A stretch of 64,000 nt of DNA, taken from assembly GCF_052425735.1 (NCBI RefSeq), contig NC_135769.1:16926001-16990000 (forward strand), read 5' to 3'. Origin of the DNA: Oculina patagonica (taxonomy: Eukaryota). The notes under the pieces were generated by a model that did no database searches, was not told the origin of the DNA, and saw only the letters and a program-made list of their open reading frames with translations. This document shows positions 24,847 to 36,672 of this stretch, in pieces. A program made the translations under genes and the position numbers. Numbering within the stretch: position 1 is the first letter of the stretch; each line of letters opens with the position of its first letter.

Positions 24847-27260
24847 CAGAAGTACATGATCTAGAAGTCCACATCTCTGGTAATGGGTCTTGTGCTATCG
24901 GATTTGCGTGTGTGCTATTTTTAGAACAGGCCTCGCGCGCGAGACGCGCCAGAAAATTACGTAGACGGCTTTTGGTGCGAACTAGTAACCAATCGCGTAA
25001 AAGTATTTTGTACAGCGCGCCTTTGATTGGTTGAACAAATTTTTGAAGTTGAGCAAGAAGAGCCGAACTGCTGAAAACAAGCGAACGGCACCACGAAATT
25101 TCTTACTGTTCAAGTTGTTGTTTATCAAAATGTGCATTTCGTGAGGATTTAAACCTACCGAATACGAATCACTGGTCTCCTCTTTTGTCGATGATTACAG
25201 CATTGAAGTCGCTAAAAACATTGGAGAATCCAGTAGAATGTGTTGTGTTTTGGAGTCAGAGTAGAGTAGGCAGCGAGCGTAAAAGAACTGACTGGTTCGA
25301 CCGGCTCAAATTCAAAATGTAAAGACACTTCAGATGAATGGAACTCAAGAGAAAAAGACGGCTATTACATATTGGAGATTTCTTTTTACATCTTGGTACA
25401 GGTTTATTGCTATTGTAGAAAAGTCCGGCTGTCCCTGAAGTGGTTAAAATTGAGCGCATCGACTGTCAGATACACTGAAAGTGCGAACACCAGTTTGATC
25501 CATGCATGTGACAATTCACGATCAAGCCCTTCTTCGAAGCCTAAAAGGACAGGACGGCTACACAAGAGAAAGAAAAATTTTGGTGACTTGACAGATCTTG
25601 TTACATAATGAAGCTAGGTCACGCATTCCTCTGCTCTGCCTTTCTGCTCTCTGTGTGCCTTCCAGGAGCCACTTTTGTCAAATATGAATATGGAGAATCC
25701 TTTCCAACTGGCCGAAGAACACATAGCGACGTCCACTTGGTCGAGAAACATCAACAAGCTAAGGAAAAGCACTGTTTTGTGGACTCGATTTCGCTGCCTC
25801 TTGAAAATCAAATGGATGTTGTTTGCTCACTTAACAATGGGTTCAATCAGCTATCGTTCCCAAAGGCGTGGAATGACAAGGCCAGCTACCTTACAATTTG
25901 TCCTGATTGTGTGGAGCGGAATGTCATTCTCTTCAAGCGTAAATTGCGGTCCAGAAGACACAGAAGCCCGTGCTTATACTATGCTAATTCTGATGCAACG
26001 TTTCATCTAGAATTGATTGGTGATCTTGTTTTCAAGCTAAATCCCGGTCCCGAGGGGCGCTCGATACCAACAATTGTTTCTACGCGAGAGGAACACAAAC
26101 ATAACAATGGTAATGAGAGACGTAATCCACAGAATCTTCGAAGTGTGCTGCCCAATAGACTTTATCTGCCTTTGGCTGCGTATTTTCAAAGCTCTCTGTC
26201 ATTGTGTCTGCTAAATACTAGATCTATTAGAAACAAAACAGCGATGCTTGTGGACTATCTGTGTGACCTAAAGGCCGATCTTTACGCAATAACAGAAACG
26301 TGGCTTTCCGAAAAAGACGCTGCTGTTAGAGCTGAGCTAGCCCTTGATGGCTATAACTTTGTAGACCACCCTCGTGTTGGCCGGGGTGGTGGCGGTACCG
26401 GATTAATTTACCGTGATGCACTGCGAGTTCAGAAAGTCGACGCTGGAGAGAAAGAGTCCTTTGAATTTTCAGAGTGGGTCGTTAGCACCGTTAGTCACAA
26501 ATTCCGTCTATATATAATTTACCGTCCGCCGTACTCCGATGAGCACAGAGTTCCAACAAGTGTTTTCTTTAGAGAATTCTCTGATTATCTAGAAACAGTA
26601 CTACTATCCAGGGAGCCGCTTTTACTAACAGGGGACTATAATATCCATGTTGACGTTACCAGTGACTACGATGCAATGAAGTTCGCTGATCTCCTTGAGT
26701 CTTTTGGACTTGTGCAGCACGTCACCGAGCCTACGCACGAGAATGGCCACACCCTAGACCTCATTATCACTCGGTGTTCTGACGGCATATTATCGGCCTC
26801 ACCCAAAGTTGATCGTTACATCTCGGATCATGCGGCTGTTTGCTGTAAGTTGCTGCCAGAGAAACCGCCTGTTAAAGAAAAGGTGCTATCATACAGGAAG
26901 TACAGGTCTATTGACTTAGAGAGGTTCAAAAGTGACCTAGAAGCATCCTCACTGTGCCTAGACCATAGGACTGTAGAAACATCTGCAGAAGTCGTGGATA
27001 AGCTAGCCACTGACTACAACTCCACTCTTTCCACGCTTATTGACCGTTATGCTCCGATTAAGACCAAACGTATCAGACCACGTCCCTCTGTTCCGTGGTA
27101 CACTGCAGAGATCGGTGCTGCTAAACGGTTGAGAAGAAAGGTGGAACGGCGCTGGCGACGATCAGGTCTGCGTGAGGATTTCGACGCTTTCAAAGCGCAG
27201 AGAAATCATGTGACCTTTCTTATGAATGCTGCAAGGAAAACTTTCTATACAGATTTTATC
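24847..27260 (+). mobile_element. APE-type non-LTR retrotransposon (L2/CR1-like), 3' truncated before RT
   Basis: ORF 25608..27362 with endonuclease motifs LLNTRSI, ITETWL, GGGTGL, IYRPP, GDYNIH, PTHENGHTLDLIIT, SDH and linker PWYT; no RT domain. Confidence 0.88.
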
Positions 27261-27261
27261 A

Positions 27262-27467
27262 TTTCGGTTGTCCCGAGTTCAAATGCTCGACCACGCTTTG
27301 TATTTAGCCAACTGGTCTGCCTCCTGCCAGTTGGGATTTTTAACCTTGTTATGTTCATTTAAAAGTATTTGTTTCCGCTGTTTCAGTGGCATGCCTGTAA
27401 ACTAGCTATCGCGTTGAGATATGAAGCTAAGTGCATGACCACTATAAACATATTTTATTTTTTATAT
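27262..27467 (+). mobile_element. 5'-truncated SINE-like fragment at the LINE breakpoint
   Basis: B-box-like cccgagttcaaat, then tagccaactggtctgcctcctgccagttgggat hairpin and AT-rich tail; paralogous upstream sequence resumes at about 27468 (compare 34430). Confidence 0.6.
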
Positions 27468-28693
27468 AGCTCTAATGTTTATGTTAGGTCGTTTAAGTAC
27501 ATTACTGTGTTCTGGTGAGAAAGTCTCGTTCATTTAGCGAAGGAGAACCTGAACTAGTTCTCTCCAACTACAGCTGTCCGCCTATTAGCAAATAAGAGAG
27601 AGTTTGAAGAAACTTTTGCAAATACCCATTATATTTAAGCAGGATCAGGGTCATGAAACGTATCATATTTTAAAAGTACCATAACCTAAAAGTACAGTTG
27701 CATCCAAAAGTAAGAACGAGGATTTCTTCCTTTTGAATGCATATATTGTATTCATTATTTATATAATAAAAGCAAAAAAGCTGACTTTGCTTTAGAAGGA
27801 CTACAATTGACTTAACCTCCAAACAAAACTGAACAAAAAAGGCAGAAAACAAATGAATAAATGATGAGGTTTGTTATTGCTCAGCAGTCCTTATTTATCT
27901 TTCTTTACAACGCTGAATAATTATATTTTTCATGATTTTTTATTTCCCTAGTGCTTGGCTACACGATCAGTTGGCACAATTTGAAGCCGAGCTGTTCATG
28001 ATCACTTACCATTTTGTAAAACTAGCTTTTCTGGATTACGTTTTGCAACGAAACTTGGACCTGAAGCTCGAACACATGCGGATGAGTACTTTTCTTCCGA
28101 AAAAACACTCAACAATCTATTCATACAAATACTATTATCATTGTTTTGTATTTCCGCAAGCATTAACACTTTTTTTAATAATTTTGACGTCTTACTGAGG
28201 TTTTGTTAGATTTTTCATTTCTCAAATCAATAGGTCTTCTATAAAAAGTTATAAACATGCAAACTGTTATTATATACAGGAAGCGAATGCACAAGACCCT
28301 TGCCAAGGTTTAAACAATTCATTTCCTCCCAAGAGGGAAAACACTCAAGTAACGTGGCCATAATAGTATTTTACATCCCTCAGGTTCAATACTAGTACTA
28401 AGCATTCATAACTAAGCATAACTAAGCATAAGAGTGAACATTTAAAGATGTATTTTATATAGAGGCGTGTTTTCAATTTGTAAAGATCTTTACTATTGCA
28501 TTGGCATGGACTGGCGTTTTCGTAACTTTGATCTTTTTTTGTAACATTATTGCATGGAGATGCTGTTAATAAAACGCTGTATTGACTTTCGTCTGCCAGG
28601 ATTCCACAAATCTGTCATTGTAATTTACCTTGCGAAAGCGCATATTTAATTTATCGGCAGCTAGGGTCTCTTTGGTGGTCTGTATGCGCCTGT

Positions 28694-29475
28694 ATGTCAA
28701 TCTGTTATCATAAGACTGAACTGACATCTTGACAGCAATATTGTATTCTCCACCGTTAACAGGAATGAGCTTTTCTTTTTCATTAGGTAACGTTTTCTTC
28801 TTGCCTAAGCATAACCACACGCAAAAGCATAACTAGTAAGCATAACCTTAAGCATAAGCCCATTTGAAGAAGGAGCCGGCACATTCATTCCACTTGCGCT
28901 GTCTTCACTAGGAATATGCATAAGGAAAGGAAGAAGAATTTCTCTTTTGCTTATGCTTATGCCCCTTGAGAACAGTATAAAAGAATGAGGGCGTTCTTTC
29001 TTTTTACGCGCTTATGCTTATTCTTGTGTTTGTGCTTAAACTCAATTAAGCTAGCCTTTAAAGTAAATATACACGAGTCTTGCATTTTGCAAAATTTTTG
29101 TTATTTCAGTTTCCGTTATAGTGGCTGACAAAGAAGAAGACGATTGACTCTTTTTTTCGAGCTTACTGGTGAAGATTCACTTCACTGTCGTTATTATGCC
29201 ATGCCGAAGTCTACGCCCGGCAATTTGGCTAGTTCGCTATGGCAGAAAGAGTTGTCCATATTTATAAAGCTGAAATTTATAGACAAAAGTCACAATACAT
29301 CGGCAGTTTCGAAGGCTCATATTTCTTGCGAACATCGCGATAGCCTAGCTTTCGGTACACATACTAGATAAAGAATCTCTTAAAGTGACCACTCAAACCT
29401 TGTAATCGACAACAATGGGATCATTTCATCAATCTGTGTTCTTTAACAGTGGTACCAAGTGCCTTAAATGTCCTT
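28694..29475 (+). pseudogene. Remnant of the beta-helix membrane gene: putative exon 1, intron and start of exon 2
   Basis: ATG at 28694, hydrophobic LTAILYSPPLTGMSFSFSL then phase-1 donor cattag|gtaacg (28787); exon-2-like sequence from about 29122 with the same deletion junction as the 841 copy. Confidence 0.7.
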
Positions 29476-29696
29476 TCTACAGCATTATTCAAAAGGACAT
29501 CAATAAAACTGAGACAGTTATTTACCTGATTTAAGGCGCACTCAATACTGCGCGGCAACAACTTCGCTGCAAACCGTTCAAAAGGACATTCCTACAACTT
29601 CCTTTTCTTTTTTGAAAAGTTAGATTACTTACAGACGTGTTTCTGTGTTATTATGAAGTTGTTCGATAGTTGTTAATGTACCTAAAGCGTCCCCTG

Positions 29697-30887
29697 TTAA
29701 TTTCTCATATATTCCTGCACACAAGTTGCGCACTCAGTCCCTGCTTCTCCCGTTACTTTATTACTCTTTGTAATTGCTGTACATGTGGCCGTTTCTATAT
29801 TACCCGTGTCTGCTGCAGCAACAGACAATGGCAAAAAGTTTCTTCTAGAATTCGCTTCGTTAAATATGATTTCTGTCGTGACCATCTCTTCTTTAAATGC
29901 TGATGAAAAAGAGAATGGTTTTGGTGCTGCTGTGATACACACGGATTCCTCAGTTCCATTAATTGGCTGCCCTGTTGTGGGCCCCACATGCACAACACCT
30001 GCCTGTCCTCTTGCTGTCTCTCTTTTCTTGCACAACAACATATCACGAAGATGTTCACGGAAGCTTTTTAATCGCATGCTGTACAATACCGGATTGATAC
30101 AAGAGTTAAAGGTGAGCAATAATGTGCCACTCTTATCGAACCACGAACCAACAACATCTCCACCCCAGGACACCATGACGTAAGCTGTCAAGTTTGGAAT
30201 CCAAGAAGCTGCATAGATCACGCTGACTGCAATCAACGTTATGGTAACTTGCTTTCGATAGCGTAGTGCAGCCCTCTGGGAAGCTTCTAAATTCTCGACT
30301 GTATTGAACCACAGGTGATGCACAACTTTGGAGTACAGGAACACCATGATGCACACAGGAACTATGCCTGCTAGAACCATCCAAACCAGGCTGTGCACTT
30401 TGTCTACGTCTCCAAGGTTGCCGCCACTTTTGCACAAACCTAAGTTAGGGTGATAATATCTGGTCATAAAGGTAGGTATATTAATCAATAAAGCAAATGT
30501 CCATGCAAGGGCGATGAAGACCTTCAGACGTCGCCTTGTAAATCTACCGACCTGGCGAAGCGGATGAATAATGGCAAAGTAGCGTTCAATGGCGATGTAG
30601 ACCAAGCACAAACTGGACACAGCACCACCAATCCACGCTATGGCTCCGTCTGTGACAAATTTACACAGGTATTGACCAGTCTGTCCTTCGGGGTGGACAA
30701 TGAATTGCATCATAATGTACTGAATACCTATGGACAAGGCGAACATCATGTCGGCGACAGCCAAATTGACCAGTAGATAATTGAGTGTAGTCTGCATGGG
30801 CTTTTTGAAAAGAACAGTTAAAACGACCAACGTGTTGCCGACCAGGGATATAAGTACAAGGATTGATAACGATACGATAAATATCAT
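29697..30887 (-). CDS. GPCR copy 6, intact (396 aa from the conserved MIFIV Met)
   Basis: Full motif set; closest to copy 3; start placed at the Met shared by all paralogs. Confidence 0.9.
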   Translation of the reverse strand: MIFIVSLSILVLISLVGNTLVVLTVLFKKPMQTTLNYLLVNLAVADMMFALSIGIQYIMMQFIVHPEGQTGQYLCKFVTDGAIAWIGGAVSSLCLVYIAIERYFAIIHPLRQVGRFTRRRLKVFIALAWTFALLINIPTFMTRYYHPNLGLCKSGGNLGDVDKVHSLVWMVLAGIVPVCIMVFLYSKVVHHLWFNTVENLEASQRAALRYRKQVTITLIAVSVIYAASWIPNLTAYVMVSWGGDVVGSWFDKSGTLLLTFNSCINPVLYSMRLKSFREHLRDMLLCKKRETARGQAGVVHVGPTTGQPINGTEESVCITAAPKPFSFSSAFKEEMVTTEIIFNEANSRRNFLPLSVAAADTGNIETATCTAITKSNKVTGEAGTECATCVQEYMRN

Positions 30888-31077
30888 GTTAACACGATCA
30901 GATCCACTTTGATCTAAAAATGAAAACACATTATTACAAATTAATGATAGCTTTTCTCACTAAAAGCGATCAGTGCAGATATTGCAATTCAACACGTACC
31001 TACACATCTGAGCCAAGTACATCGATTTTTCACCATAATAATAACATATCTGACAGGTGATTATGAAATTATAATAG

Positions 31078-31360
31078 GACTATGTGGAGCCATACTGCTG
31101 GAGCTTTTACTGGTTTCTTAAGCATTAAGCGACTAGAAGAAGTGTTTTTACTCCCTCCTGGATGGGATGCAAGTCCATCGCAGGGTTATCCCTAGCATTA
31201 AACCGCTATACCTATTCAAACACCTGGGTGTAGAGAGGCACTATAAAGGTAACACGTCTTGCCCAAGAAACGACACATGCAATGATCCCGGCCAGGGCAC
31301 GAACCCGGACCTCTCAAACCGGAGTCCATCCTACTAACCATTGAGTCACAGCGTCTTCCA
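31078..31360 (-). mobile_element. tRNA-derived SINE, family B (partial copies at 18710-18958 and 22078-22243)
   Basis: Minus strand: A-box-like tgactcaatgg, B box gggttcgtgccc, central ttgggcaagac...cacccaggtg domain. Confidence 0.72.
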
Positions 31361-32611
31361 TATCTTGTATATATTAGGTGGTCCTTATTTCAAATACATA
31401 ACTGTGTTCTGGTGTGAAATTCCCGTTAAGCCCGCGAATATTACAAAAAAATTCGGAAAGAGAACCTGTTTTAAATAACTCCCTCCAGCTGATGAATACC
31501 ATCTATTGCCAAGTAAGAGAGAGGATATTCAAATCAGTGCTTCTTTTACCTACCTTAACGCAAGGCTGCAAAGAGCCCATACTGTTGCTTTCAACGTTAT
31601 AATAGGTACAATTTTTCCAACCGAAAATTACAATTACATCCGAAATAAACAACGAGGGTCTTTTCTTTTGGAACTGTCTAAATAATGTAAAAGAAAAATT
31701 AAAAATTTTGCGGTCGAACCTACTTACGATTTCACGAATGACGACAAATGGTACAGCACGGCTTGAAAAGCACTGTGTTGGAAGAAGAAATGCTTCTGTG
31801 ATGCAAAGCTTTGGTTTTAAATTACTGATTCCAAAGCCTTTTCGCCTCTTTATGTACAGAAACATTAATTTGAATTCATTATTGTCTTCTTTTAAGTACT
31901 GTTTTTAGAAGGACCGCAATTGACTCAAGCTCCAAAAAAAGCTAAACAAAAAAAGGAGAAAACAAATGAAGAAATGATGAGAGTCGATATTGTTCAGCGG
32001 TCCTTATTTATCTTTTGGTATAATGCTGAATAAACATTTATTTTATTTCATTTTTAATTAATTTTTCTTACCTCAGTATTTGTCTTCACGATCAGTAGGC
32101 AAAATTCGTAGGCACAGTTCATGAAGATTTTTTTGGTGATAACAAGTGCTTTTGGATTTCATTACACAACGGAGTTTTCGACCAAGCTTGAAAACATGCA
32201 AAAGAGGGTTTTCTTCTTCAACAAAAATTGCTTCGAAAACTATTAATAAAAATAGTAGTTTACATGGTTTTTTATATCTATAAGAATATGCACTTTTGAT
32301 TACTTTGGCGCCCTGCCGAGTTATTATTGGATTTTTCATTTTCATAAGACAAAAGGCCTTTTATAAAGACCTATAAAAAGTTCCACACCTGCAAGCAAAA
32401 GACCCTTGACACGGTTTGCACAATTTATTTCCTATTAACAGAAAAAGTGCTCATGGAACGTAACGTGACAATAATTTTACACTTCCTAGGGTCATCACTG
32501 AATAATAGATGTGTTTTCAATTAGTATAGCACTGACACTGGGCATTCGGATGGCCTTTTGGTAACTTTCATCTTTTCTCTGTCGTAAAGTTGTTGCATTA
32601 AGTAAATAGAT

Positions 32612-32796
32612 GCTGGTCTGCTGCCGGCTGTAGCTTGCACCCCTGTGGTGTTTGCTATTTTATCTCAAATCATGCAAATCATCCGTGCTCTGTACCAATG
32701 TGTTAGACTCGTGTACGAATACACAACGTCTCTGCGATCTTTCTCAAGGTCTAGTCAGGACCTGATTGAGTGGGATTATGCTAAGTACTGTAACTA
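32612..32796 (+). pseudogene. Remnant of the 3' end of the beta-helix membrane gene
   Basis: VFAILSQIMQIIRALYQCVRLV...SFSRSSQDLIEWDY versus VFATLSQLIRALYHCVRVV...SFSRSSQVLIEWDY in the intact gene. Confidence 0.87.
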
Positions 32797-33233
32797 CAAA
32801 CTCAGTTCGAGAGACGTTTCCGGAGCTTCCAGTTCCTTTTTGCAAAAACGGTTGCTTACATAACATAACATAAAACTTTATTGACATGTTAAAATAACAT
32901 AACACTTTACAGACATGTTTCTGTGTTATGATTGAGTTTCTGGCTTGCATTAGCTTTTAAAGTTTCGGTAGTTGCTAAAGCGCCTAAAGCTTCCTCACTT
33001 TTTATCTTTTCCTGCAGACAAGTTGAGCAATCAGTCCAAGCATCCCCTGTTACTACTTTACACTCTGTAAATAGTGTGCATGTGGCCGTTTCTATATTCC
33101 CTTTGTCTTCTGTAGCTCCACAAATTGTCAAAGATTTTCTCCCGGATTTCACTACGTTAAGTGACGTTTCCGTCATGGTAATTTCTGCTGAGGAAAATGA
33201 GAATGGTGTTGGTGCTGCTGTATTACGAGCAGT

Positions 33234-34181
33234 TTACGCAGATCCATTGACTGGTTGCTCTGTTGCAGGCCCCACATGCACAACAGCTGCCTGTCCTCTT
33301 GCTGTTTGCTTTTTCTTGCACAACAACATGTCACGGAGATGTTCACGGAAACATTTCATACGCACGCTGTACAACACCGGATTAATACAAGCGTTGAAGG
33401 CAACCGATAATGTACCACTCTTATCGTACCAAGAATACATAACCACTCCACCCCAGGATTTTAAGACGTAAGCTGTTACGTTCGGAATCCAGGACAATGC
33501 GTAGATCACGCTGACCGTAATCAGCGTTATGGTAACTTGCTTACGATAGCGTAGTGAAGCCCTCTGGGAAGCTTCTAAATTCTCGACTGGCTTAAACCAC
33601 AAGTGACGCACTACTCTGGTATACATGTATGTCATGACGCTTATAGGGACAATGCCTGCTAGAACCATCCAAACCAGACTGTCTACTTTGGCCTCCACGT
33701 CGCCAAATTTGCCTTCACGTTCACACAAACGTAAGTCAGATTGATAATACCCCGTGCTCATAAAGTCAGGAACATTTATCAAAAAAGCAAAACTCCATCC
33801 AAGAACAATGAAGACTTTTAGACGTCGTCTTGTAAATCTACCGCGCTGGCGAAGCGGATGAATAATGGCAAAGTAGCGTTCAACAGAGATGTAGACCAAG
33901 CACAGAATGGATACAGCACCACCAACCCACGCTATAGTTCCGTCTGTGAAAAATTTGCACAAATATAGGCCTGTCTGTCCTTGGGGATGGGCAATGGATG
34001 GCATTATAATATACTGTATACTTATGGACGAGGCGAAAATCATGTCGGCGACAGCTAAGTTGACCAGTAGATAATTGAGCGTAGTCTGCATGGGCTTGTT
34101 GACAAGGACAGTTAAAATGACCAGCATGTTGCCGACCAGGGATATAAGTACAAGGGTTGATAACACCACGATGAATAACAT
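33234..34181 (-). CDS. GPCR copy 7 (315 aa), 7TM intact, in-frame stop early in C-tail
   Basis: Full 7TM motifs; NGSA*TARNT, and the frame continues to 32907 with paralog-like tail sequence. Confidence 0.8.
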   Translation of the reverse strand: MLFIVVLSTLVLISLVGNMLVILTVLVNKPMQTTLNYLLVNLAVADMIFASSISIQYIIMPSIAHPQGQTGLYLCKFFTDGTIAWVGGAVSILCLVYISVERYFAIIHPLRQRGRFTRRRLKVFIVLGWSFAFLINVPDFMSTGYYQSDLRLCEREGKFGDVEAKVDSLVWMVLAGIVPISVMTYMYTRVVRHLWFKPVENLEASQRASLRYRKQVTITLITVSVIYALSWIPNVTAYVLKSWGGVVMYSWYDKSGTLSVAFNACINPVLYSVRMKCFREHLRDMLLCKKKQTARGQAAVVHVGPATEQPVNGSA

Positions 34182-35998
34182 CTTAACAAGAATTCAGAGT
34201 CACTTTGACCTAAAAGTAAAAACACAAACTGAGAAATTTGCTTGTCTCACTAAAAGAAATCAGTGCAGAGATGGCATGCACCTACATTAGACTACATATC
34301 AAAACCATCTTAAACGAGGAACACGGGCGAATAACGTCGAATACGAAAGAATAACGAATCCCTATAAAAAATAGTAAAAACGAGTCCTGGAAAGTAACGT
34401 CAGTCCGAACGTATCGACCTACCAAATTGTCTCTAATGTTTATGTTAGGTAGTCTAAGTACATTACTGTTTTCTGATGAGAAATTCCCACAGTTAATTTC
34501 GCGAAGGAAAACCTGTAATACTTCTCTCCAACAACAGCAATACCGTCTATAAGTAAATAAGAAAGAGTTTGAAGAAAATCCTTTGCAAATACCCATTAAG
34601 ATGGATCAGCGTCATGAAATATATCATAGTTTTCAACCTAAAAGTACAGTTGCATCAAAAATAAGAAAGAGGATCTCTTACTTTTTGAAAAATTTTGCGG
34701 TAAAGCCTACTTACGATTTCACAAATGGCGGCAAATGATACAGTACACCTTGAAGAAGATTTCACGGCATCGCAAACCTTTTCGCCTCGTTATGTGCAAA
34801 GTACATAGATTGTATTCATTATTTTCTTACTTACAGCTGACTGTTTTTAGAAGGACTTCAATTACTCAGCCTCCAAACTAAACTAAACAAAAAAGGCAGA
34901 AAACAAATGAAGAAATGATGAGGTTTTTTATTGCTCAGCAGTCCTTATTTATATTTTTTTATAACGCTGAATAAACATCTGCTATTATATTTTTTAATGA
35001 TTTTTTATTTCCCTTGTGCTTGGCTACACGATTAGTTGGCACAATTTGTAGCCGAACTGTTCATACCTTTTTGTTAAACTAGCCTTCCTGGATTACGTTC
35101 AAAAACGAAAATTTGGACCAAGCTCAAAAATTTACAGATGAGAACTTTTCATTTGAAAAAAAATAGTATTATCATTGTTTTTCATTTCCGTAAGTATTAC
35201 GTTTTTGATTATTTTGGCATCGTACTGAGGTTTTAATGGATTTTTCATTTCTCGAACTAAAAGGCCTTCTATATGAAGAACATGCAAACTGTTATTATAC
35301 ACAGGAAATAAGACACTTGCCAAGGTCTAAATAATTTATTTCCTTCCATGAGAGAAAACACTCATGGAACGTGACCATAATAGTATTTTACACTTCCCAG
35401 GTTCAGGACTAAACGATCCAAGAGGTCTTTTTTCAGAGACGTGTTTTCAATTTGTATAAAACTTTACTACTGCATTGGGCCCTTACCGCCTTTTGGTAAC
35501 TTTCATCGTTTCTGTATTGTAAAATTATTTCGTTGGGTAAATAGATTCTGTTAATAAAACACTGCATTGACTTTCGTCTGTCAGGATTCTGCAAATCTAT
35601 TATTGTTATGTATATTCATAATCATAATCATAAGACTTGACTGACACCTTGACAGCAATATTGTTTTCTCCGGCATAGACAAGAATAAGATTTTCTTATT
35701 ATTAATAACTAAGCATAAACTTAAACATAGCTGATGAGAAGAAGGAGCCAGCGCAATCAGTTTACTTGCGTTGTCCTCACTAGGAATAAGAACAACAACA
35801 AGAAGAAGAAACCATTTTTTTGCCCGTGCTTATGTTTATGCCCCATGAGAACAGCATACAAAAAAATTAGGGCGTTCGTCTTTTTTTGTGCGCGTATGCT
35901 TATGCTTGTGCTTGATACCCACTAAAAGTTAGTTTTTAAAGTAAATATTCAAGGGCTTGCATATTGCAAGATTTTCATGGCATTTCAATTGCCCTTAG

Positions 35999-36405
35999 GT
36001 GCTGACGAAGAAGAGAATGATTGCTTCTTTATTTTCCACCTTACTGGTGAAGATTCACTTCATTGCAGTTCTTCTGTTATGCCATGCCGGACTCTACCAC
36101 AAGCACTACGGTTAGTTCGCGGTGGCGGTAAGAATTGTCTTAACGGAAGAAACAGCTAATCTCATTGATACGGTTGTTTAAGAATGTACCATCCTAATGG
36201 AGTGAAGCTGAAAGTTATAGACAACAGTGGCCAGTTCTCAAAAGCTCATATTTCTTGCGAACATCGTTATAGCCATAGCTTTTGGGACACATGCCAGAAA
36301 TGTGTCTCTTATAGTAACCACTCAAACTTTGTATTCAACAACATTGGGATCATTTTATTAATCTGTGTTCTCTAACAGTGGAACCAAGTGCCTTAAATGT
36401 CCTTT
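35999..36405 (+). pseudogene. Remnant of the beta-helix membrane gene (5' part of large exon)
   Basis: GADEEENDCFFIFHLTGEDSLHCSSSVMPCRTLPQALRLVR matches the translation from 44070. Confidence 0.85.
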
Positions 36406-36672
36406 ACACAGCATAATTCAAAAGGACATCAATAAAAATAAAATTGATAGAAACTTTTTCCCCGATTTAAGGCGCACTCAATAATGCGCGGCAAAAAGTT
36501 CACTGAAAACATTAGCAAGTTAATCTATATATTTTTACTGTGAACTCACATCAAGAAGACATTCCTACAGTTTCCATCTATTTTTTGAAAAGTTTGATTA
36601 CTAACAAACATGTTCCTGTGTTATTATGGAGTTGTTCGATAGTTGCTAACGTAACTTAAGCTTCCTCAATTC

